Shown here: positions 34,401-47,649 of the stretch, piece by piece
How positions within the stretch are numbered: the stretch's first letter is position 1
How the letters are laid out: every line of letters starts with the position of its first letter
Source: Octopus vulgaris
Lineage: Eukaryota
Direction: 5' to 3'
Length of the DNA stretch: 64,000 nt
Assembly: GCA_951406725.2 (NCBI GenBank)
Contig: OX597814.1
Location: 207,204,001 to 207,268,000, forward strand
The notes under the pieces: model-generated
Told to the model about the DNA's origin: nothing
Seen by the model: the letters and a program-made list of their open reading frames with translations, nothing else
The model's database searches: none
Translations under genes and position numbers: made by a program

Positions 34401-36655
34401 TTAATGAGGTGGGGTTATACAGTGGCATAGCTTGGGATTTGCAAACTGATCAGGGCAACCACTTTAGTTTGCTGTAGTTCAAGGTGTATTAAGGAGGAGG
34501 CCAATTTGGCTACCGCACCAGGTAGCTAAAATCCACTTAACATGACTGTGATATTGCTAACCTGTGGAGTTATCTGGAACACCATTTGTTGTATGTAGTG
34601 TATATCCACTTATAATCCAAGTCCTTCGAGTTCATAACTTGTCATTTTCCATTTGCCGGAAAGTATCTCCTTCCAGTCCTTTCGACCATGTCCACTATAT
34701 TGAGAGAAACTTTGCCAGAATTTTAGAGGAGCTATCATTACCTCAAGGAAAATGGAAAGGACATCATATTGGCGGTAGGGTGCAAAAATGTGAAAATTTG
34801 GGATTTTGTGGGGAAAGTTCTCTCAGAATTCTTTACCATTATATGAAAGACATGAATAATAATAAATAAGCATCAAAATGAAGGGGGAAAACACCCAATG
34901 TCATGATCTTTGCCATGTGGAAGCAATAACTAATCTCTTACTTTTACAAAACTTTCTCCATATAGTGGGCAAGGTCAAAAGCTCCAAAGCAGATGCTTTC
35001 CTCTTTGACTAAGTTCTCATCAACTTATTCAAGTTCCAACTGGAGAGGAAGTTGAGGGAGGTGCTGCTATCTTTAAATTTGCTGAAAAGCAAGTGAGAGT
35101 AAGTATAAGCCTACCCTTAACATGCACCCTGTAAGCTGGAGAAAACCACTGGACAAAGGGCACTTTACCTCATTAAGGTAATACAGGATCTGTGAATTTC
35201 CTTGACTAGCTCTAAAAGAAATGCCAGGCAATATTTACTTAGCTCTCTTTATCTTCTGAGTTCAAATACTGCCAAGGTTATCCTTGCTTTCATCAGTGAG
35301 GTACAAGTGCCAGTATAATTGACTAATTGCCCTTCACAGACACACACATACCAAAATTAGAAACAGGATTGGCAGATTTATTAAATATTTAGTGGTTACA
35401 TCATTTTTTGAGTTCAACTCCAGCCAGAGCTGTCTTTTCTTTTGTCTAGGGTATTAGTCAACAGTTCATCCATTTATTTGCAGTATTAAGTCTTGGAAGG
35501 TTTGTGCATATTTATTTTAGCTGGGTTTGTTGATTAACTCAAGGTCAACCAAGATCAAGAAGACCTATGATCAAATTCCAATTGTGACTAACCAGCCTTC
35601 TTTCTAAACACATTCTATCTCTAAGACTAGTATTATTTCTAAGTTTAGTGTCAAGAAAATATCTATAGTCTTCTATTTTTTTCTAATGAGAGTGGATTTA
35701 AGTGATGTTTCTAGTGAGCCTATCAATCACATAGAAAGAATGGTAACCCTTTGCACAGATATATTATCTGTCAAATAATCCACTGAAGCATTAAAAGTTT
35801 AAACTTCATGACCAAAATAGTAATCTAATATAAATCACATACATATATCATTTGACCCATGCAAGCATGGAAAATGGTAATGAATGCACAGAATTAATGG
35901 TTTGCTATCTTTCTCTGCAAAGATTCCTCCTCACAGGTTCTTACACACTTGCAATTTTCCCCTAGTGCTAAAAAGATTCCCTATGCCACACCTAAGGGTT
36001 CCATCAGTGAACCACAACTGGTGTTGGTTTACTTACATCCCTATAACTTAGCAGTTTGATTCAGCAAAAGAGACTGATAGAATAAGTACCAGACTTTAAA
36101 AGATAAGTATTGAGCTTGATTTGGTTTGCTAAATTCTTCAAAGTGAATCCCCCCAGCAAGGCTGTAGTCCAATGACTGATACACATAAAAAAATAAAGCA
36201 TGTATATATACATATATAAATACACACACACACACACACACACTATTGTAGTACTTGTAAAACATGACTGTTTGAGGATGCAATATATTATGCAAGCAAT
36301 GTGCATGAAAATTTAGTGATATTAACTTATACAGATATAGAGCTAAGCTGATGGTAGATGTAAGAGTAATTAGATATCAATGTATGGGTGTAAGGTCACT
36401 TAGTAAAGTGAACCCAGTCTGTACTTTTCCACAAACACGTCACATCTACTACCTCTTTCCCTGTTTCTAGTTTCAGTGTAGGTGTGTGTCACATATATAC
36501 ACACCCACAATCAATCAAGCTATCTTTCTCAATGTATTTAATTGTGACATCAGTTAACAATCTTCATTTCATAACGTCTAAAGTACAGGAACAAGGATTG
36601 TCAATTTCACATTATCACCAGATTTGGTAGTATAAGGTCTTCTGTCTGTCTGTGA

Positions 36656-36874
36656 CAGTGCTTTTCAAACTTTTTGCTGGAGCGGAACCCCAAGAATTCA
36701 TTTCACTGGCTCGAGGAACCCCTGTGCAATAATTTAATTGACCTATGCACACATATCTGCACAGGAGAATTAAAAATTACTGTCGATTTTAGCATTTTTG
36801 TAACTTCTTGCAGAACCCCTGGACTGTACTGGCGGAACCTTAAGGTTCCGCAGAACCCTGGTTGAAAACCACTA
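36656..36874. mobile_element. hAT-family MITE
   Basis: TIRs CAGTGCTTTTCAA / TTGAAAACCACTA and a perfect 8-bp TSD GTCTGTGA (36648-36655, 36875-36882). Confidence 0.88.
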
Positions 36875-36917
36875 GTCTGTGATATTCTGACAATGAGACA
36901 GGCATCACACACACACA

Positions 36918-37243
36918 TGTGGTAAGAAGTTTGGTTCCAAACCACATGGTTCTGGGTTCAGTCCCACTACATGGCATCTTGGACAAGTGTCTTCTATAGC
37001 CTTGGGCTAACGAAATCCTTGTGAATGGATTTGCTTAGACAGAAACTGAAACCTTATCACAAGAGTGTGTCTATGTGTGTATGTAGCTTTGTTTCTCCCC
37101 TCCCACTGCTTGACAACCAATGTTGGTGTGTTTACATCTCCAGGCTCAAGAAAAAAATTACTAGGATTGGTTCATTCAAGTAAAATTCTTCAGGGTTGTG
37201 CCCCAGCATTGCTACAGTCTGATGACTGAGACAAATGAAAGAT
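36918..37243 (+). mobile_element. SINE family A, diverged copy
   Basis: Aligns to family A with many CpG-to-TpG/CpA changes. Confidence 0.75.
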
Positions 37244-38011
37244 ATGCACGCACTCATACACACCCATTCACTCATGCATATACTCTCCAATACCTACATT
37301 TGATGTCTCACATCCTGATTACAAAAGCCATTAAATGAAACATTGAGGACTACCTGTACATCTCTTTCAGATATCTACTTTTTATTGATTATCCTATTAC
37401 CTGAAACACATTCATACCATAATTATTGATACTGTTGAATTGTTTAAGTAAATATAGCTTTTGTATATGTGTGTGTCTGTGTTATAACATTTTTTTTCCA
37501 TGTAAACTTGGAGCTAAGTGGATATGTATTTATACACAGATCTGTGCTTGTACAAACACTTATTGCAATTTACTGCTTATGTATTGTTACAGTTAATTCA
37601 AAACATAATTTTATTTCTTTATTTATCTAACAAGATTTTAAACTTTAATTAGGGCCAGTACATTTGCAGTGATAGTGATTAAGCCATCTGCTCCATGCTC
37701 TACAACATCTAAGTTCAAACTCCTGAAATCCTAGTAAGATGGTGAATTAGCTGACGCATTAGTCTCCTACAAAATACTTGAGTTGTTTAGTTACAACCGT
37801 TTATGTTCTGGTTTCAAATCCTGTCAATGTCGGGTTTGCCTTTCATCTTCTGAGGGTCAATAAGTTAAAGTATGAAGCAAGTACAAGAGCCAATTCATAG
37901 AGAGCATCCTGGATGTTAATGAAACTAATGACATAAAAGACTTTTTTTTTTCTACTTTTTATCTACTTTTTGATATTGAAAAAAAGTACTACTGATGTGT
38001 ATGTGTGTATA

Positions 38012-38410
38012 TCATCATCATCATCGTTTAACGTCTGCTTTCCATGCTAGCATGGGTTGGATGGTTCGACTGGGGATCTGGGAAGCCAGAAGGCTGCACC
38101 AGGCTCCAGTCTGATCTGGCAATGTTTCTACAGCTGGATGCCCTTCCTAATGCTAACCACTCCGTGAGTGTAGTGGGTGCTTTTTACGTGCCACCTGCAC
38201 TGGTGCCAGGCGAGGCTGGCAGCGGCCACGGTCGGATTGGTGCATTTTACATGCCACCGGCACGGAAGCTAGTCGAGGCGGCACTGGCATCGGCCACGAT
38301 TCGGATGGTGCTTTTTACATGCCACCGGCACTGGCATCGGCCACGATTCGGATGGTGCTTTTTACGTGCCACCGGCACGGAAGCTATTCGAGGCGGCGCT
38401 GGCATCACAG
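38012..38410 (-). mobile_element. SINE/retroposon family C ((GAT)n tail, internal minisatellite)
   Basis: Shared block CATCATCGTTTAACGTC..TTTCCATGCTAGCATGGGTTGGA and CTGGATGCCCTTCCTAA, followed by GC-rich tandem units. Confidence 0.8.
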
Positions 38411-38954
38411 TACTGATCAGACTATCAGATGTTGTTATACCTCACTGGTCTCAAGGTGCTTCTCATTGTTTTATCTTCTGAATGATACCAGCCCACTGGC
38501 TTGTTGAGCAGACAAACATTGCCCCTAATTGGAAGGTTATTCCATCCCAGGGTTACCCATTTACAGCTGAGTGGACTGGAGCAACGTGAAATGAAGTGTT
38601 TTACTCAAAAACACATTGTGGCACCCAGCCTAGGTTTTGAACCCATGATCTAGCAATCATGAGTGGAGTACTCCAACCACTAAACCACGCGACTTCATAC
38701 ACACACATATAATCATTTAGCATCTGCATTCCAAGAAAATTTAAAACTTGAAAAGCAAAGGGATTAGTTACTTATATAACATTATTTCTCTTAGATGTGT
38801 GAATGTCATAATGTATCCTTCTTGAGAATATAAGACTTGATATGCATTGGAGATGTACATTGGTTGGATTATCTGCAGCAATGAATCCACCAAGCAAATT
38901 TTTTTCTCTTTACTGTATGTATGCGTATATCTGTTAACACGTGTACATGCACAC

Positions 38955-39009
<55 letters not shown>

Positions 39010-39019
39010 CACGCACACA

Positions 39020-39582
39020 AACAACTGGCACTCCGTTGCTTATGATGACTAGGATTCCAGTTGATCTGATAAACAGAACAGCCTGTTCATGAAATTGTGC
39101 AAGTGGTTGATCACTCCACAGACACGTGCACCTTTAAAGTGGTCCTCAGAGATATTTAGCATGATACATATTTCTTTATTACCCACAAGGGGCTAAACAC
39201 AGAGGGAACAAACAAGGACAGACATAGGTATTAAGTCGATTACATCGACCCCAGTGCGTAACTGGTACTTAATTTATCAACCCCGAAAGGATGAAAGGCA
39301 AAGTCAACCTCGGCAGAATTTGAACTCACAATGTAACGCAGACGAAATACCGCTAAGCATTTCGCCCGGCGTGCTAACGTTTCTGCCAGCTCGCCGCCAT
39401 GATACAGATTGTGACAAGGTTGACCCTTTGAAATACAGGTACTACTCATTTTTTCCAGGTGAGTGTACTGGACCAACATGGAATAAAGTGTCTTGCTCAA
39501 GGACGTAACGTGTCACTGGGAATTGAACTCACAACCTTACAATTGTGAGCTGATTACCTTAACCACTAAACCATGTGCTTTC
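39020..39582 (-). mobile_element. Old SINE (related to 52328-52699) interrupted by a family B SINE
   Basis: Reverse complement of the TGTCTGTGGAGTG.TCA.CCACTTGCAC block. The sequence is continuous after removing 39169-39397. Confidence 0.65.
39169..39397 (-). mobile_element. SINE family B monomer
   Basis: Full-length copy with TSD CATGATACA (39160-39168, 39398-39406). Confidence 0.9.
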
Positions 39583-39797
39583 ATAGAAACGGGAGTTGTT
39601 GCTGGTAGTGACTTCGAAGTTTCAACCTGCTTAGCCTTCATCAAACAGTCCACTGAAGGCTAAGTAGGCCACAACTTCGAAATCACTGTCAACAGTTATT
39701 CTCATAAAGGAATAATATGTACTCTAAATGACAATATTGATTCATCCTTCAGTTTGATGTAAAATTTTTATTGCAACTCAACATAAAAACAAACCTT

Positions 39798-39829
<32 letters not shown>

Positions 39830-39856
39830 CACTCACACACACACACACACATATAT

Positions 39857-40150
39857 ATCATCATCATCGTTTAACGTCTGCTTTCCATGCTAGCATGGGT
39901 TGGACGGTTCAACTGGGGTCTGGCAAGCCCGAGGGCTGCACCAGGCCAGTCAGATCTGGCAGTGTTTCTACAGCTGGATGCCCTTCCTAACGCCAACCAC
40001 TCCGAGAGTGTAGTGGGTGATTTTATGTGCCACCGACACAGGTGCCAGACGAGGCTGGCAGACGGCCACGCTCGGATGGTGTTTTCTTATGTGCCACCGA
40101 CACAGGTGCCAAACGAGGCTGGCGTGCCACCGACACAGGTGCCAGACGAG
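39857..40150 (-). mobile_element. SINE/retroposon family C
   Basis: Same tail and core as 38012-38410. Confidence 0.8.
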
Positions 40151-40220
40151 GGGAGTAAACACATAAATGTGAAACAAGGTGGAAAAAAGAGTACTCAAAT
40201 ACCAGTGGTAGAGTAATATG

Positions 40221-40305
40221 CTTTATTTAAAGCAGCAGAAAATTCAACAAAACCTGTTACTCTGAGTAACAGGTTTTGTTGAATTTTCTGCTGCTTTAAA
40301 TAAAG
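40221..40305. repeat. Perfect inverted repeat, 42-bp arms, 1-nt spacer
   Basis: 40221-40262 is the exact reverse complement of 40264-40305. Confidence 0.95.
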
Positions 40306-41688
40306 TATATATATATATATATATATATTCCACATGGTTATCAATTTGTGTTGGAAGATTCCTGATGTGAAATCATGTTGAAAATGAAATTGTTGTATTT
40401 CAGGATGGTTTTTTTTTTTTTTTTCAAAATAAACACATGCACTAAATATATATATTTATATATATTGCCAAATAAACACGCACTATATATTTAACGAGCG
40501 AAGAAAAGCAATATATATATGGTGTGTGTGTTTATCTGGCAAAAGAAAAAAATGACCGTCCCAAAACACAACAGTATCTGTGTATGTGTGTCTTTTGACA
40601 AGAGACTAATAAAATAAGTACGACGCTTTAAAAATAAAAGAAATGAAGTACTGAGGTTGACCCATTTGACTAAAATTCTTTGAGGCAGTGCTCCAGCATG
40701 GCTGCAGTCTAATGACTGAAACAAGCAGAAGATATATAATTTATATATTAGATTTATAGACATTTAGTTATTTATAAATATGTACAGTACATGTGTGTGT
40801 GTGTATATATATATATCTATATACACACACACACACACTAAATTGATGGATAAAGATGTGTGTATACAGAGAGAAAGAGATGAAAGATAGACATTTGGCA
40901 ATGCTTACATAAATGCTTGTGTTGCTACAAAAAAAAGGTAGGCAACCTGAGCGTAGTGGCAGAAGAGAAAGGATTATAGTCGATTAAATGGTACTAGTTG
41001 AATTGATGAACCAAACTATTCCCTCATCACTAAAATGTGTGTTCTTGTGTCACAAATGCTAGAATTTCCAATTTATTTTTCCTTTTTTTTTTTTTTTTTT
41101 TTTTTTTGTCGTTTTTAAATGTATGAGAGAACACTAGCTGCATTTGTATGTGTGTAATAAACCGAGGGAGATGAAACGTATATTCAGCATTCACTAGCCA
41201 TGATGCTGGGTAGTGTGTAACACACAGCTGTCGCCTTGTTGGCGCCTTGCACAACACTCCCTTCTACAGATTGCAGCATTGAATCATAACTCTGTTGCAG
41301 TCCATCACCCCCACCAATTTATTTCATTCTTCTTCTCTCCTCTCTCTCTCTCTCTAACGACAGTACTGTTCATTGTTGCCAGTTCTTTTTATATGATTTC
41401 ATTGTTCTTTCTTTTCTGTTAACAATTATGATTATCAGCTTTACTCCCATCTCTCTCTCTCTCCAAATATTTATATATATATAGTAAATATTTTTCATGC
41501 ATAAGACAAATATTAATGACTTTATATATGCGTATACAGATATACACTGACAAGCATATCTATATACATATGCACAAACGCATACACACATATATGTATA
41601 CAGATATACACTGACAAGCATATCTATATACATATGCACAAACGCATACACGCATATATGTATACAGATATACACTGACAAATATACC

Positions 41689-41909
41689 TATTTCTTTATT
41701 ACCCACAAGGGGCTAAACATAGAGGGGACAAAGAAGGACAGACATAGGTATTAAGTCGATTACATCGACCCCAGTGCGTAACTGGTGCTTAATTTATCGA
41801 CCCCGAAAGGATGAAAGGCAAAGTCGACCTCGGCGGAATTTGAACTCGCAACATAACGGCAGACGAAATACCGCAAAGCATTTCGCCCGGTGTGCTAACG
41901 CTTCTGCCA
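41689..41909 (-). mobile_element. SINE family B, slightly 5'-truncated
   Basis: Family B sequence with ATATACCTAT on both sides (41682-41691, 41911-41920), overlapping the tail. Confidence 0.88.
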
Positions 41910-42130
41910 TATATACCTATATACATATACACATTGTACTTGGTTAGATATTTAACCAATTGGCTAATAATAAAGAAGTGATATTGAACCAGTACACATG
42001 TTTATCATTGGCATAATGACCCTCCCAGGAGACCAAGAAATATATTATTTACAAAATACAGGAAACATATTTGGTATTTTATGCTTTATAAAACATTACA
42101 CTGATTTCAGTAAATTAATTGCTATATATA

Positions 42131-42695
42131 CGAGGGTGAACCAAAAAGTAATGCCATTTTGTTTAGGACAGGTATAATTACCAACACAGGAACATGTATC
42201 ATACATCAAAAGGAAGCTGGTCCTCTCTGGATCACATCCCTACTTCTCAACATAGTCACCGTTTCTCTCATTAGCAATGTTCCACCTTTGAATGAGAGCA
42301 TGTATCCTTGCCCCGTAAAATTCTGTCGACTGTTCTTTGAGCCACTTCTTCACTACAGTTTTCACTTCCTTGACACTGGACTATCTTCGTCACTGGACTA
42401 TCATCTCTTCGGCCCCGTGAAAGAGGGTTTGAGAGGCAAACATTATTCCAGTGACAAGGAAGTGAAAACTGTAGTGAAGAAATGGCTCAAAGAACAGTCA
42501 ACAGAATTTTACGGGGCAGGGATACATGCTCCCATACAAAGGTGGAACATTGCTACTGAGAGAAACGGTGACTATGTTGAGAAGTAGGGATGTGATCCAC
42601 AGAGGATCAGCTTCCTTTTGATGTATGATACATGTTCTTGTGTTGGTAATTATGCTTGTCCTAAAAAAATGGAATTACTTTTTGACTCACCTTCA
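42131..42695. mobile_element. Mariner-derived palindromic element made of two inverted 3' ends
   Basis: TA-flanked CGAGGGTG ends. The right arm encodes DYHLFGPVKEGLRGKHY...W...FY..GI....RW......GDYVEK* (mariner C-terminus). The left ~250 bp is its reverse complement. Confidence 0.9.
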
Positions 42696-43174
42696 TATGT
42701 GTGTATGTATGTATACACACACACACATATATAGTAAGGATGCATGGCTTAGTGGTTAGGGTATTGCACTTGTGATCTAGCAATTATGATTTCATTTCCT
42801 AGACTGGGTGGTGCATTGTGTTCTTGAGCAAAACACTTCATCTAGTGTTGCTCTGCGATCACTTTGACACCTGATGCGTGGTACACAGTGCACCTGTTCA
42901 GACAACATCGATCTGATGGAGTAAGTGAGCTAATTAATGTACAGCACAAACATTTGATCACTGTAAACAAATCATTTGTGCAGGTCATTCAGCAAAAGCG
43001 AAATGCTCATACATCGTCTTTGATGGGAGAGTCCAGTTTATAGGGGAAGTGGGGTTTGCACAAGGGTAGTAAACTGGCAGTTGTTAGAGCATCAGGCCTT
43101 GGTAGTATGTGTTCTGACTTGCTGTGCTGAGTTTAAATCCTTACAAAGTCAACTTTGCCTTTCATCCTTTCAGA

Positions 43175-43391
43175 ATCATCATCATCGTTTAACGTCCGTT
43201 TTCCATGCTAGCATGGGTTGGACAGTTCGACCGGGATCTGGGAAGCCAGAAGGCTGCACCAGGCTCCAGTCTGATGTGGCAGTGTTTCTACAGCTGGATG
43301 CCCTTCCCAACGCCGATCACTCCGTGAGTGTAGTGGGTGCTTTTTATGTGCCAGGCTTGGCTGGCAATGGCCATGATCGGATTGGTGCCAA
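43175..43391 (-). mobile_element. SINE/retroposon family C
   Basis: Same core as 38012-38410. Confidence 0.8.
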
Positions 43392-43944
43392 TTTTTTTTT
43401 TTTTTTTAAGTACCAATCCACCACTGTTGATTGGCAAAACTGTACAAACATCAGACTGGGTGCCTGACAGTATTTATTCCTGCTCTTTCTGTTCTGAATC
43501 CAACACCTTGGATGATAAACTTAACTTATCACCTGGTTTAATACCACCACCTCGGATCTTCGGTGCTCTTAGCTGAGTTCACTCTACTGCATGTATTTGG
43601 ACCAGATTTCCAGTTTCAAGATACCTTCCTTCCTCCAGTCTTTACTGGAGGAATGTAATGGGTCATAGGCATCACCTCTTTAAATAAGAAATAAAAGACA
43701 AAAAAAAAATAGAATTCCATATTGAAGAGTAAATCTCTTTATTTACGTAAAAAGCTATGTGTGACTCGAGGTCAGATTTTCTTGCTTTATGAAGCACAAA
43801 ACACTTAGACCTTGAGCTACTTATGTAGCTTTACATATTCCAAATGAACAACTGCATTCTTTTGTTTCATTATGCACACTCTGAGATCAAACTGCACTTA
43901 GAAATATGCATGGAATGTGAATTTTAAATATGCATATATAATAG

Positions 43945-44650
43945 GTGGAGGCATAGTAAGAGTTTGCTTCCTAAATATAATCCCACTGCATGACACTTTG
44001 AGCAAGTGTCTTTTACTATAGCTATGGACCAACCAAATCCTTGTGAGTGGATTTGGTAGATGGAAACTGAAAGAAGCCCTTCGTATATGTGCTTGTGTCT
44101 CTTTGTCTTGACATTGTATGATAGTTGTAAATGTGTGTCGCTGTCATGCAAGCAGTCATTCAATACCAATATTCTTTGAGAACATGTCTGGGGAAATATC
44201 TTGCTTGAAAATGGGTGGAGAGTTGGGAACAGAAGGGCATCTGGCTCTAGAAAATCTGCCTCAAATAAATTCCATCTGACCCATGCAAGCATGGAAAAGT
44301 GGATATTAAATAATAGTGGCTGTGTGGTAAGTAGCTTGCTTTTCCAACCACATGGTTCCAGGTTCAGTCCCACTGTATAGCACCTTGGGCAAGTGTCTTC
44401 TACTATGACCTCAAGCCAACCAAAGCCTTGTGAATAGATCTGGTAGACAGAAACTGAAAGAAGCTCATTGTATATATCTGTGTTTGTCCCCACCATTATC
44501 GCTTGACAACCGGTGTGTTAGTGTGTTCATATTCCCGTAACTTAGCAGTTCAGCAAAAAGCAAAGATATAAGTTCTAGACTTACAAAGAATAAGTTCTGG
44601 GATCAGTTTGTTCAACTAAAGGCAGTGCTCAAATGACTGAAACAAAAGAA
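43945..44650 (+). mobile_element. Two adjacent diverged family A-headed SINEs
   Basis: First copy (43945-44308) ends in a GAAGGGCATC / ACCCATGCAAGCATGGAAAAGTGGA tail. Second copy (44315-44650) has the AAATGACTGAAAC tail. Confidence 0.7.
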
Positions 44651-45453
44651 TATATCACATATGTAGTTATATTTTCCAAGGATGTGGGTTGTAGAAGACA
44701 ATCATTTGACAAATTTGTATAAGATAAATTTGTAGCATGCTCTTTCTAAAGCAAATTCTTCCTTTGAACAACTGACATCAAATGAATGACTAAAGTACTT
44801 ATAGAATAGCAAGAAGTTTGATATTTATTTCATGAAGGCAGCGAGGTGGCAGAAACATTAACATGCCAGTATTTCGTCAGTCTTTACATTCTGAGTTCAG
44901 ATTCTGACGAGGTCGACTTTGCCTTTCATCCTTTCAGGGTCAGTAAATTAAGTACCAGTTGCAAACTGGGGTCGAGCTAATCGATTGGTTCCCTCCCCAA
45001 AATATTTCGGGTCTTGTGCCTATAGTAGAAAAGAATATTTATTTTTTCATGTACTGGTGTGATAGATATGACACTCTATTTGACCTTGTGAGTGATCAAT
45101 ACTATTGAATTCAGAAGCCCAAGGAGAAAAGTGTTTATGCTGCATATGCTTTTCTCTCGGGAGCAAAGATGAAATTGCTAATTGCAAGAATTGAAACCAT
45201 GTATGAGATCCAGGCAGTTGGAGCTAAGTGACTGTTCCATACATACTCCACAGAAGACTGTGTATATGTGTGTTAGCCCTTTGCTGTGTACTATAGTTTG
45301 ACAATTTAGTAGGTACATGTGCACACACATACCCATGCATGTGTATGTATGTGTGTAATATGTGCAAGCATAGCTGTGTAGTAAGGAGTTTGCTTCCTAA
45401 CCATGGGGTTCCAGGTTCAGTCATAATGCATGACACCTTGAAAAGTATCCTCT

Positions 45454-46047
45454 CTGTTCCTGATTCGACGGTCATTCGGAATGCTCACAGCAGCCATATT
45501 CCTACCGCTCTATGTCACGCTGGTGAGACCCATATTAAGTACGGGATTCAAGCCTCTTCTCCTTATCTCCTCAAAGACATACAGCATCTCGAAAGAGTCC
45601 AGAAGCTGGCTACCCGCATGGTTCTTGGTCTCAAGAATTTGTCTTATGAAGAAAGGCTGAAGACGCTCGACCTTTATTCTCTAGAAAAACGCCGCCGCCA
45701 TGGTGATCTCATTCTTGCTCACAACATCATAAGCGGAAAGTGTAATCTCTCGAAGGAGCTGTTCTTCACTCCTGCTCCAGAGCGTCGGCTGCGGGGTCAT
45801 TCCGAAAAGCTCTATCTGCGACGATTTCATCTCAATCGAAGGAGAGGGGCTTTCTCCGTCCGGGTTGCGAATCCGTTGAATAAGCTGCCGGACGAGACGG
45901 TGAAGATGCCGACGACCGCTCGGTTCAAAGTCTCCCTTGACCACAAGTGGCCTGAAATCTTTACATGAACACCACCCTGTACATAACTTCATGTTCCCTT
46001 ACATGGCCTTGCCTTTTTGCTTTTTGAGCCAAAAAATTAACTAACTA
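45454..46047 (+). mobile_element. CR1-clade LINE, 5'-truncated, inserted in a family A-headed SINE
   Basis: DIQHLERVQKLATRMVLGLKNLSYEERLKTLDLYSLEKRRRHGDLI...RLRGHSEKL...FSVRVANPLNKLP. (TAAC)n tail. The host SINE reads AAGTATCCTCT|ACTATAG across the insertion. Confidence 0.92.
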
Positions 46048-46391
46048 ACTATAGCTCCTAGCTAACAAGAGTGGATTTGATTGATGGAAACTGAATGAAA
46101 CCCGTTGATTACACATATTTATATATGTGTGTATGTATTACTGTCTCCTTGCCTTGACATTGCACGATAGTTGTGAGTGTGACTTTCATACAAGGTGTCT
46201 TTCATTTCTAGTACTCTGTGAAAACATGTCAGGTCATGAAGAAATATTACCTTACTTGGAACCAGGTGAGGATTGGCAACAGGAAGGGCACCTAACAATC
46301 TGCCTGAACAATATTCTGTCCAACCTGTGTGAACATGGGAAAGTGGATCTTAAAAAAAATCAAGAAGTTGAAAAACAGAAATGATATATAT

Positions 46392-46567
46392 AGGCGCAGG
46401 AGTGGCTGTGTAGTAAGTAGCTTGCTTACCAACCACATGGTTCTGGGTTCATTCCCACTGCATGGCACCTTGGGCAAGTGTCTTCTACTATAGCCTCGGG
46501 CCGACCAAAGCCTTGCGAGTGGATTTGGTTGACAGAAACTGAAAGAAGCCCATCGTATATATGTATG

Positions 46568-46614
<47 letters not shown>

Positions 46615-46837
46615 GTATGTATGTATATGTTTGTGTGTCTGTGTTTGTCCCCCAACATCGCTTGACAACCGATGCTGGTATGTTTACGTCCCTGTAACTT
46701 AGCGGTTCGGCAATGGAGACCGATAGAATAAGAACTAGGCTTCCAAAGAATAAGTCCTGGGGTCGATTTGCTCGACTAAAGGCGGTGCTCCAGCATGGCC
46801 ACAGTCAAATGACTGAAACAAGTAAAAGAGTAAAGAG
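46392..46837 (+). mobile_element. SINE family A (full length)
   Basis: Full match to the family. Confidence 0.88.
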
Positions 46838-47649
46838 AATATATATATATTCATACACATACATAATGAGCTTCTTTTCCAGCTTGCGTCTACTAAACCT
46901 TCTCAACAAGTGTTAACATAGGGCTATAGCAGAAGACACTCGCCCAAAGTGCCATCATGCATTGGCACTGAACCCAAAACCATGTTGTTAGGAAGCAAAC
47001 TTCTTAATCACACAGCATTTCCTACATGTTTTATATATAAATATTTATGCTTCTGCTCAAGTTTCATTCACTGCATGTAAAAGATTATCGTAGAACTTGA
47101 AACTTGAGCTATGACGTAAATGTATGATAACAGTAGCTGTATTTGAGAAAGATTAGAAAGAAAGAAAAAACACCACTCTTCCCGCAACTAAGACATCACA
47201 TTGCTTTATAAATATTCTGTTTTCTGCTGTACTAGTTAAAATATATAAACCAATGTTACGATTTATATGCCAACATGAGTTGAATAGTAAACTACACATT
47301 TTTGTAATTGTTTCGATACCACACCTTTATACGCCTGTATATGCGTATGTAGTTTACCGAATTAACATGTTTCATAAGACTATATAAATGACTACTAATT
47401 TTCTATCAACTTAGGATGCCTTTACATGGTCAATCAACCTGCTAGAAATAGCAGTTGAAATCTCAAACAATGCAATATTCTTGAAAAGTAGGGCACATTA
47501 GATGATATTAACCTAGATACCCACTAAAAGAAATTGAAGGTAGACATGGTTTGGAATGTCTTATAGGTCTGCTTAGTAAGGGTTGACTGGGGGCTAAAAT
47601 AACCACCTTTTCTTATTTATCACTCTTGTTTTTCTGATGCTAATTTCTT

